Shown here: positions 23,572 to 36,704 of the stretch, piece by piece
How positions within the stretch are numbered: position 1 is the first letter of the stretch
Layout of the letters: each line of letters begins with the position of its first letter
Assembly (NCBI RefSeq): GCF_001447785.1
Contig: NW_015167061.1
Span: forward strand, 2,724,140-2,788,139
From: Gekko japonicus
Lineage: Eukaryota
DNA: 64,000 nucleotides
Reading direction: 5' to 3'
Notes under the pieces: generated by a model
The model's database searches: none
Told to the model about the DNA's origin: nothing
The model's input: the letters and a program-made list of their open reading frames with translations, nothing else
Translations under genes and position numbers: made by a program

Positions 23572-24480
23572 AACTGAATACAAAAAAACAAAAAACAAAA
23601 AAGCAAAACAAAAAAAACAATTTAAGTATTTTTTTAAAAAAAGTTTCATGTCTTCGCCAATCACAGTGCAGCAAGGCCAATTCTCGCGCAGACCCCCCCC
23701 CCCCTTCTCCCGCATATGCACGAGTGGGAGAGGAAAAAACCAGACACAAACGCAACAGGCGATCATGGAGGATGAAAAAGTACTTGAAAATTCAAGTCCA
23801 CTTCAGACCGGAGGGCAGGAGCACTAAACCAAAATACATCTATTATTTATAGAAAATATTTTCTGTTTTAATCTTTTTCCTTTTTAAACAAGGACTCATA
23901 CTTTAAAAGAAACAAATCTGTTTAGGAAAAAAGTGAGAACTTTTAATTTATTATTTTAAGGACTGCAAATGTCAGTGTAATTTTTAAATTTGCAGTTTCT
24001 GTAACAAATTGTAAAATAGACAAAAAAAGCAGAGAAATAAATTTCCCTCCCCTTCAGATCCACCTCAGTTTTGTTTCAGAGCACGGTAGCTGTGTGTAAT
24101 AAACCCTAAAGGGGGGGTTGGAAGTGAGCTAGATGAGGGAGAATGAACTGTGCAAAGGGGGTCATCAGATCTTCCTGCCTGCCTCTCCGCTTGCTTCCAA
24201 AAGAAAACAACAGAAAAACAAAGCGTGACCTTGGAACCGAAGGAGCGTGTTTGAGAAACCAGCCGTGGACCAGACTGCTTGGAATACCTGGCTCAATGCA
24301 AACAAGCGCTACCCTGGAGAAAGAGGAATTAGTAGCAATCCTTTCAGAATCTCTAGCGCAACTTTAAGGCTTGTAAATACATAGAACAAATATTTAAAAA
24401 AGAAAGAAATTGACTCCATACTATTTCTTTTCACTTTCAAAATATAAAGAACAAAATAAAGACAAACCTTGCAAGTTTAA
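23572..24480 (+). other. EIF4G3: EIF4G3 3' UTR with candidate poly(A) signals
   Basis: AU-rich sequence after the TAA; AATAAA at 24036-24041, 24098-24103 and 24455-24460. The exact end is inferred. Confidence 0.65.
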
Positions 24481-26399
24481 AAGGAAAGAAAGTGGCTTCT
24501 CTTTTAACAGCAGCAGGACAAGCTGTGCTCCCCCTTTCAGTAGGGGCTTGCCTCCTTACGAGAAGGGGGGGTCTCTTCCAGAAATGACCAGGTCACATAG
24601 GAGCAGTGAGTAAAGGGAAGGGGGGGGGTTGGTTGCTGTATGCTGCAGATTGGATTTTCTGTCCATCCTTCGTGTCTCACCGGGGAAACCTGATGGCGTA
24701 TTTCACAGTGCTTTCCCGCCCCTCTCTGCTGTGCTGAAGGGGTGAATGTGTGCCTTTGTTCTGTCCTAGTCCTCATTTCCCCCTCCCCAATATCCTTGTT
24801 CTGGGCCTTGGTTTTCCCTTCAGGGTGGAAGGAATGGGTCTTCATGGGATTAGTGGTTCATGGTACCATGTTTGTGGGCTGGGGGCTTGTGCGTGGGAGG
24901 AGTGGGCTGCTGTCTGCATGTCCCGAGGTGCCTCAATCAAGCTCTTCCCTCAGAATACGGCTGGACAGAAGGACGCCCACTCAGACCCTCCACTGCATCA
25001 CAGCTGAAGTCCCGCCTCTGCAGCTGCCAAAGTGAACACGCCGGCTCTTGTGAGGACAGCTCCTCGCCTGTCCCCGATCAGAAAGGAGTCTTTGGGGAAA
25101 TGTCTTGGTGATGCATTGGCTGCTCTTAACCAAAACAGGAAGGAATGCGTCATATGCTTGGTTGCGCTTGACTTGTTCAGGAGTTGCTGGATTGATGAAA
25201 TACTGTTTTGATCACCAGGGACTCGAAATGGTGTTAAAATATAACTGAGCAGGGGGACTGGGGCGTTCCGCTGTGAAGTTCCTGCTTGGGTGTGCGGGTG
25301 CTCTGGCCACCCACAACAAAAACCCTTGCTCTTGTTTTTGTTTCTGTAACTACCAGAAGTTGAGCACCGTCTCCCATTTGGTAGATGGAAGATCTCCTCC
25401 TCTGGCCTGCAGCAAGATTCTTGTCCCGTGGGGAAAGCGGGCAGCCTGGAATGGGGTTGGGGGTTTGGGGCTCTGCCAGCTGGCAAGAATACGGAGGGAG
25501 AACACACTTTCTCTGCACAAGTGGCTCTCCAAATCCTTTCCCTTCTGCCAGGCTTGTTTTAAGAAGTGCTTTGGGGAGAGGCCTGCCTTACCCGTACCCA
25601 TCATCTGTGCAGTCGACGCCTGCCCTGGCTTTGCATCTTTGTTCCAAGACGTGTGTGGGCAAAGCTGGGCCCCCCTCTCTCCTAAATGATTGTTGCGGGG
25701 CTGCCGTACAAGTCCCAGAGGAAATTGCACTATCCTAGAGCGTGCCTAGTCAGAATAGCAGGAGCCAAAAAAAGGGTGTGTGCGGGGGATGCTAAAGTTC
25801 TTTGACTTTTTTCATGCCTAAGATTCCCTACCCCTTGTCATTGTGGCCATGTTTGAATGGGACATGAGCGCTGCAGTTTTACCTGTGTATGGAGGTTGGC
25901 TCTTCGGCTGTTCACAGAGTGGAGCACTGGACTTAACAGGAGGATTCGTTCAGCCTGGGGGAAGAGGATTCGTTCAGCCTGTTAATGCTTGAGGTGCCTT
26001 CTTGGCCATGATACCTGGAGACAGGAATCTGGGCGGCTGTCCTCCTCTGGAGGGAGGAGGGAGTACTCCAGCCTTAGTTGGGAGTTTGCTGCAGCCTGTC
26101 AGGGAGCCTCCTAGCGTCATCCTGCTGTGTCCCAATAAGACATTGTGATGCTAAAGAACAGCAGCTGAAGAATTTGGGTAGTAACAGTCTGACACAACAT
26201 ACAAAGCTGCAGGCAAAAGCGAGTTAAACATAGATGTTGAGATATTTACGTTTAGATATTTAGACGGGGATAATTGGGCAGGCCACCCCCACCCCATGAA
26301 CACCAGCAGGAAGAAAACAACCCCAACAACCAAATCAGGTGGATTTCGGGCATCATCAGCTTTCTAAAGCAAAAATTCAGTGTTCTGTTTTCACTTGAG

Positions 26400-29300
26400 A
26401 ACATCCTGTTACACTTGGGATGTTATAAAGTATCCACTCCAGGAGGGAAAGTTTTTCACAAACGTACCACTCGTTGAAGAGCCCCATTCGGCACATCAGC
26501 TGAAACCATGGAGTTGATATGCCTGACAGATGTGGGTGGCAGAGCCCAAGTTTCTGCCTTGCAGATGTCTAAACATGGGAGGCTTTAGTGCTGGAAGCCA
26601 CTGTTCCAGATGGCCTTCTCATGGAGTATGCTGTTACCGCCTCTGATGCTTCCAGACCTTGGGAAGAGATGCACTACAGCCGCACACTGGTCATCTTTCT
26701 CCCTTAGCAGATGTGTAGCCCAGATAGACCTGATTTTCTGATCAGTTTGTCGCCCCTGATGTAGACGTGGGGCCCTGCAGAGATTAAGGGAATACCAACC
26801 TTTTTCTCTATGATGGACTGGTTTGGGATGAAGAAGAAGAGATTGGATTTATACCCCGCCCTTCACTACCCAAGGGAGTCTCAGAGCGGCTTACAAACTC
26901 CTTTCCCTTCCCCTCCCCACAGCAGGCACCCTGTGAGGTAGGCGGGGCTGAGAGAGCTCTGACAGAAACTGCTGTTTTTTCAAGAACAGCTCTGACAGAA
27001 CTAGGCTTGCCCAAGGTCATCCAGCAGCTGCGAGTGGAGGAGTGGGGAATCAAACCTAGTTCTCCCAGATTAGAGTCTGCGCTCTAATAAAGGAGAAAGC
27101 AATTCGGTGACCTGTGAAAGACTGAAACAAGAAGGTACAATGGGGTCGTCGTCACAAACCTATCCTTGTGGAACAGACAGAGGTACTGGACTACAGACCA
27201 AACAGACACATCATTGGAACTAATCTATGGAGATGGCTGCCATGAAGAAACGAAACTTCAGCATGAGATATCTGAGGGATGCGTCTCTCACAGCTTCAAG
27301 CGGAGGATGTGTCAGGGCTCATAGCACCACATTCACTGTTCACAGTGGGAGGTGGAGGATGTGTTAGAATCCCCCTTCTGAAAATGTTGTGCTTGCTGGA
27401 GGTCGTGAAAGGGAGAATCCCTCCTGTCAGGGGGCCACAGCCGCTACCTGCCTCCTCAGGCCCTGATTGGAAGCCTCCTTCCAGAAACAGCAGAACATGA
27501 GGGAGGTTTGCCACGTGTGGATGGATTCCTTTTCTTTTGTACCGTGTTGATGTTGTAACTAGTGGGGTACGGCCTTGATGTGGATCACTTTGCAGAGAGC
27601 CATCAGAGATGTTTTGCCAGGCATGCGTTTGAGGCAGCGAAGTTTCCATCTAACTTTGCCTCCCCCAGCCTCCTCCCCGCCATTCCTTACGTTATTGTAC
27701 CAGCTTTCACAAACATGGGCACCCCAAACTCACTCTCACAAACTCTGCTATTAGTGTCTAAGTTGCCATCTGGTTATATCTTTGACTGTTGTTACGATTG
27801 TTCTTGTTTGTCCTTAATAATTAATTGTTATTGTTTTTAACTTGTTACCCGCCCTGAGCCTTGTGGCGCAGGGGAGGCGGGCTAAAAGTCTAATAGAAAC
27901 CAACCAAAATGAAGAACCGCAGTCTGGAATACCTCTGAGCTCAGAGACTGGTCCTCCCGATCCAGGCTGCGGTAGCTTGGCCAGTCCGTTTGGCTATTCA
28001 GGGAACTCCTGCCCCTCGGGAGGAAATACGTTTCTCTGCCCAGATAATGACTACTGAAGCCTCTCTTTGCGGCATCCTGGATTTGGTGTCCCGTTTCCTG
28101 TCCACATGTGCTTTTGCTGTGCTGGCGTCAGTCCTGTTGGAGATGTCCAAGTTCCAGATCTTGTTCTGAAAGTGAGCCCAGGTGAGGCAGATGGCCTTGA
28201 GCTCCAGGAAACGAATGCTCCAGGAGGCTTCCTTGGACCTCAGGTTCACGTCTCCCAGAGACCAGTGGCATCTCAATTATTGGAACTGTCACAGGAGCCA
28301 CTGAAGTGCCCTTGCCTAGGAAATAGTGTTGATGGTTGCAGTCAGCTTTGTATGTGGACTGCGAGGGGCGCAAGATCACTGTCTTGATGGTCTGTGCTTG
28401 AGTTGCAGCTTCAGTTTGCTTTGCTCCTTCCTGTCAGGGAGAAGTAAGAGTTTTCAGCACAGTTGATTGTTGCCCCAGTTGATGGAGAGCATGAGTTGGC
28501 ATCTCTGGAAGTCTGAGGAAGCAGTGCTGCAATCGACACTGAGTGACGTTCTGCATTCCACTGCCACTTTTGCTGTGGATGGAGACCAGATAAGGAAGGA
28601 TGGCAGTGCACTCTACCTCACAGGGAGGTGAGCCGTTATTGACACCACCAGATTAGTGAATACCCTAAGCTCCAATACCAGGCCGAAGGATTTGGCCCTG
28701 AGTTGAAAGTGTTGGTTGTCCAAGGCAAACCAGAGGAAGCATCTGTGGTAAAGACTGATGGGGACACACAGGTATTCCTCTGTGAAGTCTACAGATGACA
28801 AGAAATCTGCCGTCGGAAGACACTCCACTATTACCTTCAGCATTGCTGTTTTGAAATTTTGGCATTTCATGAATGTTGTGAAACATGAAATCCAGAGCAT
28901 CTCACCTTTCTCTGTTCTTTTTGAGAACACCAAAGAAGCTGAAACGAAAGCCCAAGAATCTCTGATGAAATGGAACTGATGTGTTTGATGACATCTAGCC
29001 TGGTTTCCTTTCCTTATGGTTTTGTGATCAGTGACAATTAGGAGTCTGTCCTGTGAGGGCTGCAGAACTCTATGGAATACCTTCTTATAATGGTGTTGTG
29101 TCTCTATAGAGCTGAGGTTGATCTTAGTCAAGCTTTCCACTGCTGAGAGCAGCTGTGAGAAGAGTGTGTTGCCATTACCGTGTCTACTGACTAGCCCTTC
29201 TGCCATAGACTCTGTCACCACCACTGTGTGGACCTCATGGCCCTGGCTGGGAATTTCATAAGAGTTAGGCTCTTGCAACACAAAGGCTTGCTACTCTGTG

Positions 29301-29900
29301 GAGGTTAAGAACATAATAAGAGAAGCCAATGTTGGATCAGGCCTATGATCCAGTCCAACATTCTGTCATACAGTGGCCAAAAACACCAGGTGCCATTGGG
29401 ACGTCCACCAGTGGGGCCAGGACACTGGAAGCCCTCACCTGTCAATCTCTTGTTTTTCTGGACACTCCTTCAGTAGTTTCCTGAGACTCATGGCTGAGAC
29501 CCTCGCCTCCAAAGAGGTAGCGGCTGATGCTCTGATGGAGAGAGCTTCATAGGATCTCCTGAGTCCTGTGTTCCTGCCTGTGACATCTCTGAGGCTTCTC
29601 AACTTTGGAAAGGGCATGCCATGTAGCCAGGCTAACTGCTGTGGTGTCCATCACTCTCACCTTGGGTATATTTGACATTCTGGAATGGAACTAGTATAAT
29701 TTCTTCACATGGCCAATGTGCAGTAATTGGCTAGTGAAGAGGGGTGGGGGGTGGGGAATATTGAAACCGGTTCTTCAGTTGTGGAGAGAACCTCCTGGGC
29801 CACCTTTAACTTAGATGCTGATGGTTGGAGGATTTTTAGGGATGAATTAGAGCAGGGGGATCAGTATTTTTGCCCCAAAGTACCTGGGAATAGGTTAATG
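26400..29900 (-). mobile_element. DIRS1-like retrotransposon, copy 3 (old, degraded, with nested SINE and LINE pieces)
   Basis: Minus strand: RT DFLSSVDFTEEYLCVPI...HFQLRAKSFGL...RVFT (28613-28860), RNase H FLELKAI...TDASTAKAHVDRK (27998-28276), YR end DICKAETWALP (about 26520-26570). Boundaries are approximate. Confidence 0.75.
26830..27085 (-). mobile_element. tRNA-derived SINE (Squam3-like), 5'-truncated
   Basis: Reverse complement of the 30886-31180 element, with a (TCT)n tail at 26830-26840. Confidence 0.8.
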
Positions 29901-30623
29901 GCATGTAACCTACACTGAAAACTACCAGTATAAATAGAATCTGGTATTTACTGGTGCTGCTTTGTAGTTCCTGCATGGTTTCACATACTGTGACATTACA
30001 AAATTGTGGCCACTAGCCACAGTTGGAGAGGCTGGTTCACAAATTAGCCTATTCTTTGTATGCAAGGTGTAACAGGGTGCTTCTTTTTTAGCTTTGGAAG
30101 GTTATCCTGAAGGCAAACCCAGCCTTACATTGAATTTATAACACTGCATGTTGTGTGGAACTGATTTCTGTGAGAAGGGCCTGGAAAACAACCTTTGTGT
30201 GCAGGAGCCAGAGTTCCTGTATTAACTCCTCTCTGATGTATTATGCATTTACCCGGTTATTCTTTACAATTGTATGTGCTTGCCTCACTTCTTCCTATTG
30301 TGCAGCCAGGTGGTGTTTTCTTTTTGCAGTGCAGAAGACACAGTGTTGTGAACACGGGCCCTTTGGCCACAGGCAGGGCCTCTGCCCCTGGCTTTTATAA
30401 GCATCTCTCTGACCACTGGAGAGAAGGCAGGTTGGCTCAGGTGGACTTCAGTGCTGGACATAAGCTAGACCAAGACCCCTGCGCAATACGGAAACAAGCT
30501 CTCGTAGTCCAGGTGTCTGCTTCCACTTTTCATGCCAAAATGTGTGGGCTCTCCCGGAAAAAGCAGTGTTCCCCCAACCCCCATACACCTGAACCAAGAC
30601 AGGTGGATTGGAGGTGTGGCAGT

Positions 30624-30829
30624 CAATGTTCCCCCTAAGCTGTGGAGTCCTGTGAGCAAAAATTCTACTTTGTGAGTCACGGGCATTAAAGTTGTGAGCG
30701 GGCGATTTGGCTACTGCATAAATTAGTTTGCTCTGGAGCCATCCTTCCCGAGCTCAGACAAAAATGTGTGAGCTGGAGGCTAAGAAACTGTGAGCTAGCT
30801 CACGTTAACTCAGCTTAGAGGGAACACTG
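30624..30829. mobile_element. hAT-type MITE, 206 bp, with 8-bp TSD
   Basis: CAATGTTCCCCCTAAGCTG ... CAGCTTAGAGGGAACACTG; TSD GTGGCAGT at 30616-30623 and 30830-30837. Confidence 0.9.
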
Positions 30830-30885
30830 GTGGCAGTATACCACCTCCTCCTTCCCTAGACTGGGGCGGAGACTTCCAGTCTTCT

Positions 30886-31180
30886 TAGAGAGCCAGTTTG
30901 GTGTAGTGGTTAAGTGCGCCGACTCTAATCTGGGAGAACCGGTTTTGATTCCCCACTCCTCCATTTGCACCTGCTGATGTGACCTTGGGTCAGTTACAAG
31001 CTCTGGCACAGCTGTCTTTGAAAAAGAGCAGTTTCTGTCAAGAGCGCTCTCAGCCCCACCCACCTCACAGGGGGTGTCTGTTGTAGGGAGGAGAAGGGAA
31101 AGGAGTTTGTAAGCCGCTCTGAGACTCCTTTGGGTAGTGAAGGGCAGGGTAGAAATCCAATCTCTTCTTCTCTTCTTCTT
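30886..31180 (+). mobile_element. Full-length tRNA-derived SINE (Squam3-like)
   Basis: Head GAGAGCCAGTTTGGTGTAGTGGTTAAG (A box) ... GGTTTTGATTCCCC (B-box-like), TCTTCTT tail; further copies at 26830 and 45170. The family name is from recall. Confidence 0.8.
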
Positions 31181-31186
31181 GGAGGT

Positions 31187-31368
31187 TAGGGTTGCCAGGT
31201 CGGGGTTGGAAAATGCCTCGAGACTTTGGGGGTGGATCCAGGAGGGGGGGCTCAGCATCCACCCTTCAAAGAAGCCGTTTTCTCCAAGGGAGCTGATGTC
31301 TGTCAGCTGGAGATCAGTTTTGTAAAGGCGGGACACCCACATGCCCCAGCTGGAGGCTGCCAACCCTA
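31187..31368. mobile_element. hAT-type MITE with TAGGGTTG termini and 8-bp TSD
   Basis: TAGGGTTGCCAG ... CTGCCAACCCTA; TSD TTGGAGGT at 31179-31186 and 31369-31376; related copies near 48900-49290 and 55875-56050. Confidence 0.85.
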
Positions 31369-31479
31369 TTGGAGGTTGCTTAGCTGGAGTTCAGAAGACA
31401 CAAACAGAAGGGGGGGAGAATCTAGTTTGGCAGTATTTTAGTGCTTCTGGGTTTCACTGGCGGGTTTTAAATAAAAACT

Positions 31480-32870
31480 CCTATGCCTCCGGGGAGGAGG
31501 GGGGCGCGCAGATGTTTATTCATTTAGTCTCCTCCGCCCCTCGTGGCCGGCAGGCTCGCCTCCCTCTTCACTGCACGCCGGTCCGGTGTGGGGTCGGTGA
31601 GGCGGGGGGGGGGGCGCTTTGAGTAAGGAGAAGACAGGTCCCGTCTGAGGCACCACCACCACAAAGGCTAAGCGTCCAGGCAGGCGCCTTTAAGACCAAC
31701 CAAGGTTTATTCAAGGCATGGGCTGTCGTGTGCACGCGCATGCGTCGTCATGAGAGCCCAGCCATCCAGGTTAGAGACTGAGAGGCGGCCGCGCATGCCC
31801 GAGCTCAGCGCTCCCTCCGCTCCGCCCCGCCCTCGCGCGCAAGCGCACCCAGCGCCTTCGCCCCTCCCTCTCCCAACGGGCGCGCGGGCAGCGGAGGGGG
31901 CGTGGCCTTCGCGGGGAAGGCATTTCCGGCCGGTCGCCGTCGTGTGAGGTAAATCCGCGCGCTTCCCCTGACGACAGCATACATCGCCTCGGGATTTCCC
32001 CCACACAGACCAACCGTCGCCTCCGCCCCCTCCTCCCTCCCCGTCAGGTAGCGCGAAAACGCGCGCGTCCCCGCGCTTGTTTTTGTTTCGGCCGTAGCCG
32101 CCGCCAGAAAGAGAGCCTACAAACGGCGGTCCGGAGAGCGCATGCGCGCGGGCGCGGTGCCGATTGGGTGCCGCCGCGGAACGAGGGAGGTGGAACCGCC
32201 GCCTGGTGTTCGAAAGATGCTCGCGGCCCGCCATTGGCCCGGCGCGGCGGTAGCCCCGCCCCCTCTTTCCGCGGAGTCCGTCCGGTTCCGCCGCCGCCAT
32301 TGTTAGGGGCTCCGCTGCTTTGTGTCTTGCGCGCCGAGAGGGGCCCCGAGTCGGTGAGTGACAAGCGGGCGGAGCGTTTGAAGGCGGGGCCGCGGGAGGG
32401 GTCAGAGGTCACGAGCGGCGGGGGCGGGGCCCTGCGCTGATTTGCATGTCGTGGCATGTGGCGATTTGCATAACATGTCATTTGTTGTTCAGTCGCACAG
32501 TCGAGTCCGACTCTCCGCGACCCCATCGTGGACCAGGCCACGCACGCCAGGCCCCCCCCCCCCCCCCCCTGCCCCCCCCCCGCCGGGACCCTCCACGCAC
32601 AAACACACGCCCGCGCCCCGCCCCTCGGACCCCACGCGCGCGCCCTCGCAGGGCTCTGCTCCCTGGAAGGCCCGGGGGGGGAGGGGGGGGAGGAAGGGGC
32701 CCCCTGGCCGTGGGCGGCCCTGTTGCGGCACGGCGTGCCAGTCCGGCCTCGGGCGGGTCCTGCCTTGGGAAGGCTCCTGCCTGCTTCGCGGCCCTGCTGA
32801 CGGGCTTCGCGGACTCCACTGGAGAGGAGTGAACCCTGGGCTCGAAGGCCGCGCAGCACCCAGGTGGGCC
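31480..32870 (+). promoter_or_regulatory. HP1BP3: CpG-island promoter and non-coding first exon of HP1BP3
   Basis: Dense CpG; NRF1-like GCGCATGCGC (about 32138), ATTGG boxes (32163, about 32233), YY1-like GCCGCCATTGTT (about 32293), strong donor TCG|GTGAGT at 32353/32354. The next exon starts at 37507 and contains the ATG. Confidence 0.8.
32482..32552 (-). mobile_element. RTE/BovB-like 3' terminal fragment
   Basis: TTGTTGTTCAGTCGCACAGTCGAGTCCGACTCT...GCGACCCCAT resembles the reverse complement of the BovB/Sauria-SINE tail; second copy at 58084. Confidence 0.7.
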
Positions 32871-33822
32871 TGGGACAGATTCCACTTTGCTGTGGAGGAC
32901 GGCCTCAGTGGGCAGGGTGGTCCCGCTTTCACCTGCATCACAAAGCCCTCAGTTCTGCAGCCCTCTACAGAGCAGAGAGAAAGGCTCTGTCTGTGCTGGT
33001 TTTTTTCTTTTTGGTCGGTAGATGTACTACATGGCTTTCAGTGTCGGGGGATGTTCCAGAATGTGATCCTATGAAGCTTTGCTTGCAGGCTGAAGTGGTG
33101 CAACCCATTCTTACACCTCATTCCCTACCGGCAGGTGGGGACCAGTTGGTGGCAGGAAGAACACCTTTGCTCACACAAAGTCTCGGGTTTAGTCCCTGGC
33201 AGCTCAGGCAAAAGGAAATACCTTCTTCTATCTCATACCCTTGGAAATGGCTGCCATGTCTATGATTTGGTTTCAGGCACAGACCTGCATCCAGTGGGAC
33301 TTAGTTATCAGAACTCTGCTGTAAACAGGGCCATGTATTTATGGGGCAGTGCTCAGTTGCTTTCTAGAGAGTGATGCTAAGGCCTCTAGCGTGTGGGGGG
33401 GGGAGACTAGGGGCAATGCCCCCTCCCAAATCTGCCCTGCCCCCACTGCCTGGCCATTCGGCCTGCCTTTCCCCAGCACATTCCTGGGCTTTGCTGGCCA
33501 GCAGGACGGAGAAGGCTGACGCTTTCCTCGGAAGCCATGCCAGCCCCTTTCCCCGGCTTCTTTCTTGCCTTGGCAGGCTAGTTAGCAGCACTCAGGCATT
33601 TACAGAGGGGCTTGGCTGGCCACTTCTCCCGTCCCCGGCCACGCAGGGGGTCGGGAGAGACGGGCTGGCTCTGAAGCCCCAGGGATTGTCTGTGCACTTC
33701 ACTCTAGATCTTCCCTGCCAAGAGCACTGGCATCTGCACTGAAGGGGGGGGAGCATTGTCATCAGGTCTTTGCAAGGGGAGCCACTCTTTGTGGGCGGGA
33801 AAGATGGCCCTGGCCTGCCATG

Positions 33823-34028
33823 CAGTGTTCCCTCTAAGCTGATTTAGTGTGAGCTAGATCACAGTTTTTTAGCCTCTGGCTCACACGTTTTTGCCTTAGC
33901 TCAGGAAGGATGGTTCCAGAGCAAACTAATTTATGCAGTAGCCAAATCGCTTGCTCACAACTTTAATGCCCGCAGCTCACGCAGTAGGATTTTTGCTCGC
34001 AAGACTCCACAGCTTAGAGGGAGCATTG
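33823..34028. mobile_element. hAT-type MITE (same family as 30624)
   Basis: Same TIRs; TSD CTGCCATG / CTGCCAAG (1 mismatch). Confidence 0.88.
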
Positions 34029-34769
34029 CTGCCAAGCACTGGGCCGAAGCTGGTGCGCTTCTCGCAGCCAGGAGCAAAGAGAAGGGCAGCTGCAGCAGCT
34101 ACGGGCAAGTCTGGCCATCCCGGCAGCGCAGGCAAATGCCCTCCTCCTTTGGTGCCTTTTGAGGGGAGGCACCGGTCCACCTTACGATGTCCCTGCCTGC
34201 CGATTCACTGGCAATCGCTGGCAGCAGAACACCTGAAGTGCCTTGAAAAGACTGAGGGGAGGTGGTGTCCCCCAGGGGCGATCCGTGTCGGCTCATTTGC
34301 ATGCCCTGCAGCCGGGAGTGAGGAAGAGGCCGCAGCGGGAGGGGGGGACGACTTGGGAGCTGCCGGTGGCAATGGTAAGTTCGCCCCCTGCCAGCAGGTC
34401 CAGTTTGCCCTCCCCCCACAAAAAATATTTCTGGCGACGGGAAGCTGGTGATGCTTCTGTACTAGTATGACAAGGCTCTTGGGAAAGAATGTTGAAAGCA
34501 AACCTTCCCGTCAGAACTCAGCAGATTGTAGCATGGATTCAAACCGGGATTCAAAGGGGGCAGTTCTTGGAAACATGTGGTCACCCATCTTGATCTATCA
34601 AACCACTCTACAAACTTTTTTTTATTTAGGGGGGAGAAAATTCTCCAGTGATTGATGCTCGTGGAGGAGGAGAAGGTGTGGCCTGAGGACACGCTCAGGA
34701 GAAGGGACTCGGGGTGTCTCTCTCTGTGTCTGGGGTGGTTCCCCTTATTCACGGGCGCTGACCACCAGC

Positions 34770-35830
34770 CTTTTGGGGGTCTTTGAGAAGGTTAAACAAG
34801 AGCAGGGATAAGGATAATGTCGAAAACATTACATCCTGAAACTTCCAAAAGGCTTTCAACAGGGTGCCTCTTCAAAGATTCCTGAGTAAGGTCGGCAGGC
34901 CTGAGATGAGAAAACGGCTCCTCTTATGGAATAAAAACTGGCTAAACAACAGGAAGGAGAGAGTAGAAATAAGCAGACCGTTCTCACGGGGCCCGGGGGG
35001 GGGGGGGAGTGAGCGGTGGGGGTTCCACCAGGGCCAGAATTGGGATTCTGTGCTTTTAGTTTGTTCATAAATGTTCTGGAATGTGGTGGCCACGTTTACA
35101 GACAATACCAAATTATTCAGAATGGTGAAAACCAAGGCGGATCGTGAAGAAGTACAAGAAGAGATCGCCAAAGTGGTAAGTGGGCAGCGTTGTGGCAAAC
35201 GAAGTTTAAAGCAGGATAAATGTAAAGTGATACACATGGGCACAAGAAGGCCGAAGTTGATGAGGTCTGAACTGACCAAACTGAGGTGCAAAGAGATCTT
35301 GGATTTTGTAGCGCATAGCTCAGTTAAAATGTCGATTCAGTTTGTGGCCGCGGTGACAAAGTCAAACGTAATGCCGGAAAGTATTAGAAAAGGGACTGAA
35401 AATAAAACACCCAATACTGTCCTGCCCTGGCCTTGTGTAGATGGAGAGGCCTCATTCGGAATGCTGTTTGCCAGGTCTCCAGAAGATGCTGTCGAAGGGC
35501 AAAGAGAGCAGAAGGGGGCCACCAGGAGGATTAGGGGGCTGGAGGGCCTAAAGAATCTCCCTGAATACTAGAACTTGGGGGCACCCAATGGACAAAAGGA
35601 AGTCCCTCTTTACTCAGCAGGTCACTAAATTGTGGAATTCACTCCCAGTGGATGGCCGCAGGCATGGAGGGCTTTCAGAGGGTATTTGACAGATCTGTGG
35701 AGGTGTGAGGTCTGTCAGTGGCCGTGTTGACTGAAGGGAGCCTCTCTGCTCAGAAGCAGGACGCCTCTGCATGCCAGTGCAAGGAGTCCGCGCCAGGGAG
35801 GAAGGCTTCTCCGCTGGCCCTCCAGGGCAA
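34770..35830 (+). mobile_element. CR1 LINE ORF2 3' fragment, degraded
   Basis: NFQKAFNRVP, WNKNWLNNRKERV, FTDNTKLF...KCKVIHMG and QKGATRRIRGLE are CR1 RT motifs. Confidence 0.8.
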
Positions 35831-36704
35831 CTGGCTGGCTGCTGTATGAGACGTTTTGTTTTGTTTTGTTTTATTTATTTATTTATTTATTCATTCATTG
35901 TTAACATTTTTACCCCGCCCTCCCCGCAAGCGGGGGAGCAAGCTAGAAGGGAGGCCGGTCGGACTGAGCACCTGGCAGGAAATAAGCATCTCCAGAGTTC
36001 AGCGCAAAACCTGTTCCTTGAGGGTTAATTTTAAGCAGCCGCGTTCTAATAGATCTCCCTGATCGACTGGCACCCTCTCCTGAGTTCCCCCCCAAATTTG
36101 CTTTAGGCTGTTGTGCTGGAAACATGATGGCTCGTAAAGTGTTCAGTGAACCAGAACTTGCGGTGAGCTGTCCCTTCCCACGGGTGTCTGGAAAATGCTG
36201 AGGCCAAAAGAATGCAAGGAATGTGCCCTGCTGGGTGCCGAGAGAGCTCCTGCCGATGGAAGGGGGCGACGATGTTCTTCTTGCCCTCCTTGCTCACCAC
36301 CCCCATCACAGGGGGAGGGGGAGTATGGATGAGCTGGGGGGGGGGTGTTGTGGCAGGACCCTGGCCAGATTGGTTGCTGCTCCAGGCGGTCCTCCCGTTG
36401 GCCCCGCCCGCCTGTCACAATACTGGAAAATGAGACACACACACACACTCCCTTGAGAAGTGGGCTCTGTCAGGGACCTGTCTCTTGGGCTCCTGAGTGT
36501 TCTGAGGCAAGGAGGGGAGCAGGAAGGGCACAGAACGGACTCCACCCGTCCACCCGGCCCCATCCCCAGTTGCCCCAGGCCTGGGCTGGGCACAAGCTCT
36601 GCCCTCCAGTCTCTCCTCTTTGTGCTTCTTTGGCCTGTGGGGACGCAGGGGGGACTGCCTCGGAGATTTTGGGGGGTAAGTTTGGTGTAAGGCCAGCTGC
36701 TTTT

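Noticed and set aside
25938-25982. Short direct repeat GAGGATTCGTTCAGCCTG, two copies
   Set aside because: A simple local duplication with no array structure; not CRISPR-like.
31707-33074. Many Arg/Gly/Pro-rich ORFs on both strands
   Set aside because: Stop-poor CpG island with no recognisable domain.
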